From contig DASUGH010000094.1 in the NCBI GenBank assembly GCA_036274155.1, positions 1,744-65,743 on the forward strand: a DNA stretch of 64,000 bases, read 5' to 3'. The notes below the pieces were generated by a model. That model saw only the letters and a list, made by a program, of their open reading frames with translations. It did not search any database and was not told the origin of the DNA. Positions within the stretch are counted from its first letter, which is position 1. Each line of letters begins with the position of its first letter. Made by a program: the position numbers and the translations under genes. Source of the stretch: Vicinamibacterales bacterium (GTDB lineage Bacteria; Acidobacteriota; Vicinamibacteria; Vicinamibacterales; UBA2999). This document shows, piece by piece, positions 18,303-27,308 of this stretch.

Positions 18303-18452
18303 AGGGATCCGTGAGACCGTCACCCGGAGGGGTTCCAAAGCTGCCGGGTCCGGCTGAAGCCGGAACTACGGAGCAAGGGTCCCCCTCCGGAAGACGGTGA
18401 CCGGCAGCGGTTGTGCCGGCATGCGATGGCCGAACGATCGACCGCACCCGCC

Positions 18453-19784
18453 CTATGGCCTGGGGACCGTGGCGACGGATTGCGCCGGCACCTTCCCTGC
18501 CGCGACCGAGGATCCGACGAGTACAGGTCGTACGACTTCACAGCGCGATTGCGGCTCTTCGCGGCTGTTCGGATCGATGAGGCTCAACATCAGGTCTTTG
18601 GTCGGGTCATCGAGCCGGTCGAGCACGTCTGCCGCGCGCTCGAAGAAGCGCCGCACGCCGTAGTCGTTGCTGCCCACCTGCCATTCAGTGGAATAGCCTT
18701 GCGCCGGATTGGCCTGAAACACCTTGAGCACGTCCCAGATGGTCAGCCTCGGGTTCTCGGGGCAGTTGAGACCGTCGATGTCCACTTTCTCGGCATACGG
18801 ATTGGTGTCGAGCCGGGTTTGTTTGTCGCCAAACCTTCGGGCGTAGATGGCGCGGCCGGTCAGCAGACACAGCGCTCGAAAGACGCCGATGTCGCTCTGT
18901 TCGACCTCATCCACCGTATCAAGGTGCAGATCGTGGACGAGCGCATATCGCGTGTAGGGAAGTTTCTTGTCTCGCGTGGCGTCCGGTTCATCGCCCCACA
19001 GTTCGTGCAACAGTTCCCATGACGCGTACTCTGCGAATCCCTCGTGGAAAGCGATGGGCCGGCGTTCGGCCTGAGCGTGCGTGTTCAGGTCGATCGGGCA
19101 GAAGACGGCGCCGAACCAGTTGGCGGTGCCATGGTTGTGATCGTAGTTCCACAGGTGCATGAACTCGTGCACCAGGACCTGCACCTTCCACCACTGATCG
19201 TTGTTCGGCGTGGCGTGCATGTAGACGGAACGGGTGACGCCATTGGCGTACGGCTTTCCGCTCACCACGTTGGCCGGATACACCACCTTCACCTTGCCCT
19301 TGAATCCGAAATAGGAGTCCTTCGCCTGGAAGGTGTTGATCAGCGTCTTGCACACATACCACGCGATGGCGCGGCGCCGGTTGTCGCGATCGCCCAGCTC
19401 GCCCGCGGCGCCGGCTCTGAAGGTACGCGTCCCGATGTTGATGGTCGGGCCCTCGACTTCGTTGGCGTGCTCGAACACCTCGATGGCCGGGCTGACGAAA
19501 TCGGCTGGGTTCGCCAGAGCGCCGGTATTGATCTCCAGCTCACTGTCGGCGAAGCGGACCTTGACCTTGATCTTGCGTTTGCTCCGATCCTTCTCTTTCC
19601 GCAGAGTGAAGTAGCCGTTCGAATCGGTACGAACGGTGCCCCACGAATTGTAGGCGCCGAAATTCGAGCCACTCACTTCGACCTCGACATTGGCCAGCGA
19701 GCGGGTCATGGTCTTGCCGCTGCCATTGACCTCGTTCTCCTCCAGCATGATGCGGCCGGTGATTTCCCAATTGACTTGCGACAT
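18453..19784 (-). CDS. putative gluzincin metallopeptidase (HExxH ... EGxAEY), no signal peptide
   Basis: VLVHEFMHLW is followed 38 residues later by FHEGFAEYAS, as in peptidase-MA-type zincins. The N-terminus resembles a carboxypeptidase-regulatory/PEGA beta-sandwich (VEVEVSG...TVRTDSNGYFTL). No hydrophobic leader. Confidence 0.55.
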   Translation of the reverse strand: MSQVNWEITGRIMLEENEVNGSGKTMTRSLANVEVEVSGSNFGAYNSWGTVRTDSNGYFTLRKEKDRSKRKIKVKVRFADSELEINTGALANPADFVSPAIEVFEHANEVEGPTINIGTRTFRAGAAGELGDRDNRRRAIAWYVCKTLINTFQAKDSYFGFKGKVKVVYPANVVSGKPYANGVTRSVYMHATPNNDQWWKVQVLVHEFMHLWNYDHNHGTANWFGAVFCPIDLNTHAQAERRPIAFHEGFAEYASWELLHELWGDEPDATRDKKLPYTRYALVHDLHLDTVDEVEQSDIGVFRALCLLTGRAIYARRFGDKQTRLDTNPYAEKVDIDGLNCPENPRLTIWDVLKVFQANPAQGYSTEWQVGSNDYGVRRFFERAADVLDRLDDPTKDLMLSLIDPNSREEPQSRCEVVRPVLVGSSVAAGKVPAQSVATVPRP

Positions 19785-20110
19785 GTTGCTTCTCCTTCCC
19801 GCAATCGGCTGAAACGAGCCTCAGCCGTTGACCGAGACTCGCGTGACCCGACCGACGAGGTGCTCCAGGAGGAACGGCCTCGCCGACGTCGGAACGCGGT
19901 CGACACGGCATAGTGACGATCGCCGCGTGAACGTGTCATCGCGCCTGGGAGTCGGTCGGGCCGCGGTGGCGGCCGCGGTCGCGAGGGAAAGTACGTTCGT
20001 CGAGGTGGGATGCGTAAGGGCCGGATCGCTCCGGCCCGTCGGATGGAATGCGCGTCAGGCGAACACGAAGGCTCGCAGTGCCGAGCTTCAGTCCGGCATG
20101 ACAGAAGGAC

Positions 20111-21337
20111 TTACTTGGGTGTCACGTGGATGAGAGCGCCGGTATTCGCGTCTTCGAGCATCCACAGTGAGCCGTCAGGACCCTCAGCAACGTCGCGAAT
20201 GCGTTTTCCCACGCTCCAGCGCTCGGCGGTCTTGGCGCCGCCCTTTCCATCGAAGATGACGCGGGTGAGCGACTGGGTCCCCATGCCGCCGATGAATCCG
20301 TTGCCGTCCCACTGCGGGAACGTCTGGGTACCGCGGTAGAACATGAGATTGCCCGGTGCGATCACCGGCACCCAATAGATCACCGGCTTCGCCAGGTCGG
20401 GACGCGTGTCGGGACTCGGGATCGGCACACCGTTGTAGTTGGGTGCATACCCGACGAGCGGCCAGCCGTAATTCTTGCCCTTCTCGATCAGGTTCAACTC
20501 GTCGCCGCCGCGCGGGCCATGCTCGATCTCCCACAGCTCACCGGTCGGAGAAAACGCCAGGCCGTAGGGTGTGCGGTGGCCCAGAGACCAGGTTTCCGCA
20601 GGCGTGTTGTTGGGACCAGGGAAGGTATACGTGCTCACCACCTTCGCGGTCTTGGCGGCTTCGGTGTCGCTGGGAGGATCGATCAGAGGAATGGTGGCCG
20701 CGCCGGTCTTGCCGAAGTTGGGATTGCCGGGCGCCGGCTTGCCATCCAACGTGAGCCGCAGGATCTTGCCGACCGGCTGATCCGGATCCTGAGCGGGCGT
20801 GAACCGCTGACGATCGCCGACAGTCAGGAACAGATACTGGCCGTCGGGAGAAAACGCGACGGCTCCGCCTTCCTGACCGCCCCTGCCTTTGGGCATCTGG
20901 CGCCAGAGCACCTCGAGGTTCTGCAGGTTCGCAGCCCTGGCTGTGACATTCAGTCTGGCGCGGGCGAGTGCCAGCCCTCCGCCATAGTCTCCCGGCTCGG
21001 CATATGTGAGATAGATACGCTGGTCGGTCGCGTAAGTCGGCGAGACGTAGACGCCGAGCATCCCGTTCTGCCCCTGCCAATACACCGGCGGCGTATTGGT
21101 CACCAGAGTCTTCTCCCCCTGTTGGGTCACCAACCACAAGGGCCCGACCTTTTCGGTGATCAGCATGCGGCCGTCCGGCAGGAAGGCCATTCGCCATGGC
21201 AAGGTAAAGGTGGCCACCGTGGTCATCGTGAACGGCACGCTCGGTTCTGGCTTCTGGCCGCCCGCATTGACCTGAGCCCACGCCGAAGACGATGTGAGGA
21301 CCAGCAGCAACGCCCCTGTTGCCAATCTCATTTCCAT
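20111..21337 (-). CDS. PQQ-dependent sugar dehydrogenase (soluble glucose/sorbosone dehydrogenase family), exported
   Basis: Signal peptide MEMRLATGALLLVLTSSSAWAQ. Family motifs are PWRMAFLPDGRMLITEK, GMLGV, GHRTPYGLAFSPTGELWEIEHGPRGGDELN and KGKNYGWP. Confidence 0.85.
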   Translation of the reverse strand: MEMRLATGALLLVLTSSSAWAQVNAGGQKPEPSVPFTMTTVATFTLPWRMAFLPDGRMLITEKVGPLWLVTQQGEKTLVTNTPPVYWQGQNGMLGVYVSPTYATDQRIYLTYAEPGDYGGGLALARARLNVTARAANLQNLEVLWRQMPKGRGGQEGGAVAFSPDGQYLFLTVGDRQRFTPAQDPDQPVGKILRLTLDGKPAPGNPNFGKTGAATIPLIDPPSDTEAAKTAKVVSTYTFPGPNNTPAETWSLGHRTPYGLAFSPTGELWEIEHGPRGGDELNLIEKGKNYGWPLVGYAPNYNGVPIPSPDTRPDLAKPVIYWVPVIAPGNLMFYRGTQTFPQWDGNGFIGGMGTQSLTRVIFDGKGGAKTAERWSVGKRIRDVAEGPDGSLWMLEDANTGALIHVTPK

Positions 21338-21443
21338 TTTTCTCCTTCGCTCGAATTCGCGTCCTGGACGGGATTTATTTCTGCGTACAACTCTAACAGC
21401 CCGGTAGTGAAAACCACTCCCCGGGGCTGTGAGGGCCCCCCTC

Positions 21444-22595
21444 TTACTTCTTCACAAATTTCTGGAGGCATCCCCCCGACGCGCTCGTTTCGCACCCGCC
21501 CGTCAGGCCACCGAAGATGTTACCGAGCTCGTCGGCGGCCATGCCCTCGGGCTCAGTGCCGGGGATGTAGTACCTGAGCGAGCCGTCCTTGGCGCTGCCA
21601 ATGCGGATGCCTCTTCGCCAGAACGGATTCCGGAGAGCGTTGCCGCCACCCTCGGGCGCCTGCGGCGGGCCGGCAATCGCCCGATTCGATTCCGAATCCG
21701 ACACGACGAGCGTGTCGTCCTTCAGGATGGCGACGCCGCTCGGACGGCCGAAGTGGCGCCATTCGTCGACGAACTTCATGTCCTTGTCGAGGATCTGGAC
21801 CCGGTTGTTCGAGCGGTCGGCCACGAACAGACGGCCCTGCGAGTCGAAGGCCAGTCCGTGCGGTCCCATGAACTCGCCCTGTCCGGTGCCAAGCCTGCCG
21901 TAGGCGCCGACGAACTTGCCGTCCTTGGTATAGCGGACGATTCGATCGCCATCCTGCTGCGCCGTGGTCGGACGCGGCCAGTGCCCGTCGGCAATCACGA
22001 TGTCGCCGTTCGGCGCGATCGCGCAGGCCGTCGGGCCGACGAACGTGTCCTCGCCCGCCTTCGACACACCGGCCTGTCCAAGCGTCAGCAGCAGCTTGCC
22101 GTCGGGACTGAACTTGAACATCTGAAAGCCGCGGCCTGCGCTGGCCGGGGTGTCGGTGAACGGCCCGCTGTCGCCGGCCCAGAAGTTGCCGTCGCGATCC
22201 TGACAGAAGCCGTGCGCCTGAACGAACATCTTGTCGCCGAAGGTCTTGAGAATCTTTCCCGAAGCGTCGAAGTGAATGATCGGTGGCTCCGACCTGTGAT
22301 GCACCCAGGTACCGCCGGTGCCGTCGGGGATGATGCCGATCGCGGCGCCGGATCGAATGGTGCCGAAGGTCGGCCACTTCTCGACCATCCGGTATGGATT
22401 GGCCATCGTGCTCGGCCAGTCCGGGGCAGCCTGCCCACGCCCTGCCCCGCGGCCCGGCGGGCCCTGCACGCCGCCACGCGCGCCGGGCGCGGACGGAGGC
22501 GCTGGCGCCTGTGCCGCCATCATGACCGCCGCAAGCATCAACAGCACTGCTGCCGCAGGGACCACAAACCTCACCCGCCGCGCGCGTATCATCAC
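21444..22595 (-). CDS. NHL-repeat beta-propeller protein, peptidyl-alpha-hydroxyglycine lyase (PAL)-like, exported
   Basis: Signal peptide. NHL-type blades are DRDGNFWAGD, APNGDIVIADG and GPHGLAFDSQGRLFVADRSNNRVQILD. Confidence 0.65.
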   Translation of the reverse strand: MMIRARRVRFVVPAAAVLLMLAAVMMAAQAPAPPSAPGARGGVQGPPGRGAGRGQAAPDWPSTMANPYRMVEKWPTFGTIRSGAAIGIIPDGTGGTWVHHRSEPPIIHFDASGKILKTFGDKMFVQAHGFCQDRDGNFWAGDSGPFTDTPASAGRGFQMFKFSPDGKLLLTLGQAGVSKAGEDTFVGPTACAIAPNGDIVIADGHWPRPTTAQQDGDRIVRYTKDGKFVGAYGRLGTGQGEFMGPHGLAFDSQGRLFVADRSNNRVQILDKDMKFVDEWRHFGRPSGVAILKDDTLVVSDSESNRAIAGPPQAPEGGGNALRNPFWRRGIRIGSAKDGSLRYYIPGTEPEGMAADELGNIFGGLTGGCETSASGGCLQKFVKK

Positions 22596-22683
22596 ATCCC
22601 CCTTCGAGTCGCGTTCACAGGGCAGCTGGCCGTCGGCAGCCGGGACGCGATCCAGACCCCCAGCGTCAAACGGCCGGTTGCGT

Positions 22684-23991
22684 CTACTTCGCGGGCACCG
22701 CCAGCTGCTGCGCGGTCAACGCGTTCGGCGGCGTCGCTGAGGACGTCCCCGTGTAAACGAAGCGCTGGGCCCGATTGCCCGGGCTGACTTCGGCAACGTA
22801 GATGTTCCCTTTCGAATCGACGGCCAGATGATGCGGACCGCGGAAGTCGCCAGGCTTCTCGCCGACGTTGCCGAACTGATACAGCACCTCCAGCGACGTG
22901 CGCTCGACGACCACGATCCGTGAGTTTCCGTAGTCGGCCAGATACATGAACCGCTGATCGCCGTCCGGCGAGAAGGCGATGCCGGCAACGGAATTCGATG
23001 AAGGCCCGGCGCGGTTGACGAACATCTGTGTCCTGTACTTGCCGTCGGGGTCGAACACCTGCACTCGCCGGTTCGGCCGGTCGGCAACGTAGAGCAGTCC
23101 GTCGTTAGAGATCTTCACACCGTGCACGGGGCCGCCGAACTGCTGCGGTCCCGGACCTTCGGTTTCGAGCGGCGGTGCGGCACCTCGCCCTGCGGCCGGA
23201 GGCGCGCCGGCGGTAACGGCTCGCCCACCGGTGGCGGCGGGCGGAGCTGCGGGTTGAACGCCGGCGCCTGCAGGCGATCCACCGGCACGCGCCACCGGAG
23301 GTCCGCCGCCGCGCCCGGCGGGGGCATCCACTGGAACGTTGCCGAAAGCGCCCCACATCCGCTTGAACGCGCCGGTTCCGGCGTCGAACACGATCACGCG
23401 GCGGTTGCCGTAGCCATCGGCGACGAACACCTCGTTGGTCTTCGCATAGACGTACGCGTCTGCCGGCTTGTTCACGCTGGCAGTGTCCGTGTTGCCGCCG
23501 CTCTTGTCAGGACCGCCGATTTGCAGCAGGAACGTTCCCTTGCTCGTGAACTTGAGCAGCATGTCGTCCGACCGTTTCGTCAGCGAGTTGGAGGTCGGGC
23601 TGCTGCCGCCGATCCAGACGTTGTCCTGCTGGTCGACGGTAATCCCGTGCTCGCTGTCGGGCCAGTCGAAGCCGGCGCCCGGACCTCCCCATGCCGCGAC
23701 GAATCTGCCGTTGTCGTCGAATTCGAGCACCGCCGGCGCCGCGCGGCTGCGCTGCTCCTCCGGCACGGTCCGCGGACGATGCAGGATCCAGATGTGATCG
23801 TGTCGATCGACAGCGATTCCGGGGACCTGGCCGAGGACCCAGTTGTTCGGAAGATTCGGCCACGCGGCGTCCACTTCGAAGCGAGGCATCGCGCGAGTGC
23901 CCTGGGCGTGCGATGCACCCTCGCGAAGGACTGCGACGCCGGCGGCCACCGCCGCGGCCAGCGCCATGCGCGCAAGCGTGTGTGACGTCAT
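22684..23991 (-). CDS. NHL-repeat beta-propeller protein, PAL-like, exported (paralogue of 21444-22595)
   Basis: Signal peptide. Blades are GIAVDRHDHIWILHR, HGITVDQQDNVWIGG, EVFVADGYGNRRVIVFD, DGLLYVADRPNRRVQVFD and PHHLAVDSKGNIYVAE. It has an internal ~60-aa Gly/Pro/Ala/Arg insertion. Confidence 0.65.
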   Translation of the reverse strand: MTSHTLARMALAAAVAAGVAVLREGASHAQGTRAMPRFEVDAAWPNLPNNWVLGQVPGIAVDRHDHIWILHRPRTVPEEQRSRAAPAVLEFDDNGRFVAAWGGPGAGFDWPDSEHGITVDQQDNVWIGGSSPTSNSLTKRSDDMLLKFTSKGTFLLQIGGPDKSGGNTDTASVNKPADAYVYAKTNEVFVADGYGNRRVIVFDAGTGAFKRMWGAFGNVPVDAPAGRGGGPPVARAGGSPAGAGVQPAAPPAATGGRAVTAGAPPAAGRGAAPPLETEGPGPQQFGGPVHGVKISNDGLLYVADRPNRRVQVFDPDGKYRTQMFVNRAGPSSNSVAGIAFSPDGDQRFMYLADYGNSRIVVVERTSLEVLYQFGNVGEKPGDFRGPHHLAVDSKGNIYVAEVSPGNRAQRFVYTGTSSATPPNALTAQQLAVPAK

Positions 23992-24024
23992 AGATGTCCT
24001 GTGCAGTCGTTGACGCGTTCACGC

Positions 24025-24612
24025 TTACTTCGTCGCCCTGGCTGCCTTCAGCGCCGGATGCTCGTAGCCAGCCGGGAGCACCTTGTTCGGATCGGGGCGC
24101 ACCGCCAGGTACTCGATACTCGTCGCGACCTCATCGAAGCCGTGGTAGACGCCTGGCGGAATGATCACCACGTCACCCGGCCCCACCTTGCGACGCTGCG
24201 CGGCCTTGTCGAATGTCGCGGTGTTGCTTGGCCCGACAACGACCTTGACGATCTCGCTGTCGGCAGCGACCGGCCTCGGGTTGGTGACCGTGCCGCCAGT
24301 GACCAGCGTGCCCGAGCCCGAGATGACGTAGTAGACCTCGGTAATGTGCTCGTGATTGATCGCACTGACCGGCGCCCCGGGCTTCGTGGCGTTGCGCCGA
24401 AGCACGCCGACGCCAACGTTGTAGGTGCCCATGTCGACGGCGGTGATGAGCCGATCCCCGGTGCCCGGCGGCGCGTCGAGCACCGCTTTCACCTCAGCGG
24501 CAGTGATGTCGGTGGCGAGAACGGGCGGCTGCTTGCTCTGCGTGAAGCCGGCGGTCTGCAGGATCAGGACGACGACCGCGAATGTTCCGAGGATGAAACG
24601 CTGCATGGACAA
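24025..24612 (-). CDS. exported cupin-domain protein
   Basis: Signal peptide MSMQRFILGTFAVVVLILQTAG. The cupin core is NHEHITEVYYVISGSG ... GDVVIIPPGVYHGF. Confidence 0.7.
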   Translation of the reverse strand: MSMQRFILGTFAVVVLILQTAGFTQSKQPPVLATDITAAEVKAVLDAPPGTGDRLITAVDMGTYNVGVGVLRRNATKPGAPVSAINHEHITEVYYVISGSGTLVTGGTVTNPRPVAADSEIVKVVVGPSNTATFDKAAQRRKVGPGDVVIIPPGVYHGFDEVATSIEYLAVRPDPNKVLPAGYEHPALKAARATK

Positions 24613-24753
24613 CCTCGCTCTGTAACGTGTGACAGTTCCTCTGTGTTCTCTCGGTGGCCAGATCCTCTGCGCGCAACGTCGTTCGACGTTGCTCAGGACG
24701 ACCCTGAGCGAAGTCGAAGGGTCGCAGGCCCACCTGGCGCTTCACCAGGCCTG

Positions 24754-25311
24754 CTACGGTTTCGCCGGCTCGTAGTTCGTGTCGAAACGGATGTTCAGCC
24801 ACGTGATGCTGCCGTTGACACCGCTCACGCCATGCGGAACGCCCGCCGGCACGAAGACCACATCGCCCGCCTTGAGCGGCCGTGACTCGCCGCCGACAAT
24901 CTTTCCGCCTTCGAGCTTGCCGTTGACGGTCAGCGTTCCCGCGCCTTCGGTCACGACCCAGACATCGGCGGTCACCGGGTGCACGAGCGCGCTCTCGGCA
25001 TTGGTGATCCGCCGGATGTTGACGTTGAACCGGCCGCCTTCGAGCATCCGCAGCGTTTCGAGCTTCCTGGCGTCCATGTCGGCGTAGTACTGCTTCAACG
25101 TCTCGAGCGGGATCGGCACCGCCTTGTCGGCCGGCGCCTGCTGCAGGATGAACGTCTGCGCCGCGCCGCGCCCTCGACCACGTTCCGGTCCGCCGGCGCC
25201 CGCCGCCCGTTGTCCGTCGGCGGACGGCGCCTGCGCCAAGCTCAGTGACACGCACAACGCCAGGGTCATGGCGCCGATGAGAACAGGAATTCTTTTCCGG
25301 GTGGTACGCAT
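24754..25311 (-). CDS. exported cupin-domain protein
   Basis: The ATG at 25311 gives the signal peptide MRTTRKRIPVLIGAMTLALCVSLSLAQA. The cupin core is HPVTADVWVVTEGAG ... GDVVFVPAGVPHGV. The longer track ORF (to 25458) adds an Arg/Pro-rich leader that is unlikely to be real. Confidence 0.65.
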   Translation of the reverse strand: MRTTRKRIPVLIGAMTLALCVSLSLAQAPSADGQRAAGAGGPERGRGRGAAQTFILQQAPADKAVPIPLETLKQYYADMDARKLETLRMLEGGRFNVNIRRITNAESALVHPVTADVWVVTEGAGTLTVNGKLEGGKIVGGESRPLKAGDVVFVPAGVPHGVSGVNGSITWLNIRFDTNYEPAKP

Positions 25312-25587
25312 TGCGATGCCTCCGGCGCACTGAGTGGCGCGAAACACGCGGTCGACCGGGCGTGGTGACGTTCTGTTGCCCGTGCCTCCCGGGTTTCGGG
25401 AACGTGGTCCGCGGGCCTGACGGGGTCGGAGTCTAGCCAGCGCACGCACGGGTCGCACTACCCAATATGAGGTAGCCGAGCGCCACGCTGTTGACGCCTC
25501 CTACGCCTCATCGTTAGCCTTCCGACGCACTGGAACAGCGACAGCCGTTCTCGCGAAGCCCGAGTCTCCACGCGCAGGAGAGCGCTC

Positions 25588-27264
25588 ATGATACGCACGT
25601 TCACTCTCGTTTCCGCCATGCTCGTCCTGTGGCTGGCCGTGCCGACCAGTGCCGATCGCGCGCTCGACAGCTTCGCCCGCGACGTCTTCCGCACCGAAAG
25701 CGTTCGTGCAGTCATGACTTTACAGCGCAGCTACGCTCAGTACGCGCAATACGGCCTCTGGAACGACGTCGGTGCGCTGTTCGTGCCGGAAGGAACCTTC
25801 ACCTTCGACGGTCTCGTCATGCCGGCTCAGTCGGCCAGGGGGTCCGCGGCTATCGCCGCGTTCCTGCGCACCCGCTATGGCGGCGGTCAGGACGGACTCA
25901 CGGCCTCCGGCCTCTCGAGCATGTTCATCGAGAACCCGCTCGTGAACCTGTCGGCCGACGGCGAGAGCGCCAAGGCGCGATGGAACGCGCTGATCTTCCA
26001 CGGTCATGACGGCAAGGCGCGCATCGAGGGCGGCATATTCGAGAACGACTATGCGCTCGACGCCGGCGTCTGGAAGATTGCCGCGGCGCACTACTATCCG
26101 CAGTTCGACGGCCCCTACGAGCAGGGATGGATCAACTGGGGCGGCGGTGACCTGCCAATCGTTCCGCATCATTTCGACATCAATACGTCCGGCATCCCCA
26201 TTCCACCCGCGACCGGCACCGCGCCAGAGACCAAGGCGACTCTCGCCGAACTCCAGAAGCGGGTCGACGCGCTCAACGACGAGGATCGCGTCCGCAATCT
26301 TCAGGCAGCCTACGGCTTCTACGAGGACCGCAAGATGTGGGACGACGTGGCCGACTTGTTCGCACGCGACGGCCTCGTCGAGATCGGCGGCCAGGGTGTC
26401 TGGCAGGGTCAGGCGGGCGTTCGGCGGTGGCTGCAGAGCATGGGCCCGGCCGGACTCAGTCACGGACAGCTCAACGACCGGGTCCAATTCGACGTCACTG
26501 TCGCCATCGCCGCTGGCGGCAACGAGGCCTGGGCGCGAGGCATCGAGCTCGGCATGCTCGGCGAGGCCGATCAGGAGAAGGGTTGGTGGGAGGTTTCGAC
26601 GTTCCGCAACCGATTCGTCAAAATGACACCGTTCGCGGGCTACTACATCGGCCGCGATCGGGTCCTGAGCGCGCGCGTCAGCGGTGAGCCGCCAAAGACG
26701 CGCCCCGGCATTTCCTATCACTGGCTCGTTCAGCCGGTCCTGCTCATCTCGAGTGACGGCCGCTCCGCGGTGGGCCGCCTCCGGCTGTTCCAGCCACGCA
26801 CCGGCAGAACGGTTGGCGAGGCGGGCGCCTTCTACGGCGCGTCCTTCTGGGGCGGCATGTATCACGACCAGTACGTGCTCGAAGACGGCATCTGGCGCAT
26901 CTGGGAGCTTACGCTCGACGAGCCGTATATCAATCCAGTTGCCTGGAAGGATGGCGTCTGGGCAAAGTCGAAGGACCCGCTGCCCCGACCGTCCCGAGCA
27001 TTCAGCGGTGGGAACTTTCCGCCCGACATTCTGCTGACGTCTCTCGGCAAGCGCGAGGAACATTTCCGCGGCGGGACCGGTGACACCTGGGAGTGGCCGA
27101 CGATCCTTCCGATGTGGTTCCAGTACACCAACCCGGTGAGCGGCCGCATGCCCGAGCTCTTTCAGGGACAATGCGTGCCCTGCGCAGTGCGTCCCGACCT
27201 GCGGCTCGAAGCCAACGGGTATCAGAAGCCGCCGGACGCGCCGGAAGCGAACAGGGCGCCTTGA
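25588..27264 (+). CDS. exported multi-domain NTF2/SnoaL-like protein (short paralogue)
   Basis: An AGGAG RBS precedes the start. Signal peptide. It contains repeated NTF2-like units (VRAVMTLQRSYAQYAQYGLWNDVGALF...; DRVRNLQAAYGFYEDRKMWDDVADLF...). It is collinear with 43074-45248 except for an internal gap of about 170 aa. Confidence 0.7.
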   Translation: MIRTFTLVSAMLVLWLAVPTSADRALDSFARDVFRTESVRAVMTLQRSYAQYAQYGLWNDVGALFVPEGTFTFDGLVMPAQSARGSAAIAAFLRTRYGGGQDGLTASGLSSMFIENPLVNLSADGESAKARWNALIFHGHDGKARIEGGIFENDYALDAGVWKIAAAHYYPQFDGPYEQGWINWGGGDLPIVPHHFDINTSGIPIPPATGTAPETKATLAELQKRVDALNDEDRVRNLQAAYGFYEDRKMWDDVADLFARDGLVEIGGQGVWQGQAGVRRWLQSMGPAGLSHGQLNDRVQFDVTVAIAAGGNEAWARGIELGMLGEADQEKGWWEVSTFRNRFVKMTPFAGYYIGRDRVLSARVSGEPPKTRPGISYHWLVQPVLLISSDGRSAVGRLRLFQPRTGRTVGEAGAFYGASFWGGMYHDQYVLEDGIWRIWELTLDEPYINPVAWKDGVWAKSKDPLPRPSRAFSGGNFPPDILLTSLGKREEHFRGGTGDTWEWPTILPMWFQYTNPVSGRMPELFQGQCVPCAVRPDLRLEANGYQKPPDAPEANRAP

Positions 27265-27308
27265 CGGCAATGCTCAATGCACAACGCTCAACGAGCCCTG
27301 CACAACGC

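Noticed and set aside
18453-19784. Impression that the HExxH gene is a lower-GC horizontally acquired island.
   Set aside because: I made manual spot counts on four 100-nt samples. They gave about 58% in this gene and about 59-62% in samples from other genes, which is not a clear difference. There are no flanking tRNA, integrase or direct repeats. A proper windowed GC and codon-usage analysis would be required.
25720-27270. A 516-aa minus-strand ORF lies antisense to the NTF2-like gene. Similar long antisense or off-frame ORFs elsewhere include 14185-15504, 15541-16977, 21429-22787, 28869-30083, 29201-31003, 36356-37636, 38753-39811, 39821-40780, 44046-45593, 47408-48802, 49660-50604, 56497-57741, 58069-59040, 58790-59749 and 61300-62310.
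   Set aside because: They have Arg/Ala/Asp/Val-biased low-information composition. Each fully overlaps a gene with clear family motifs on the other strand or frame. None has a plausible RBS or start context.
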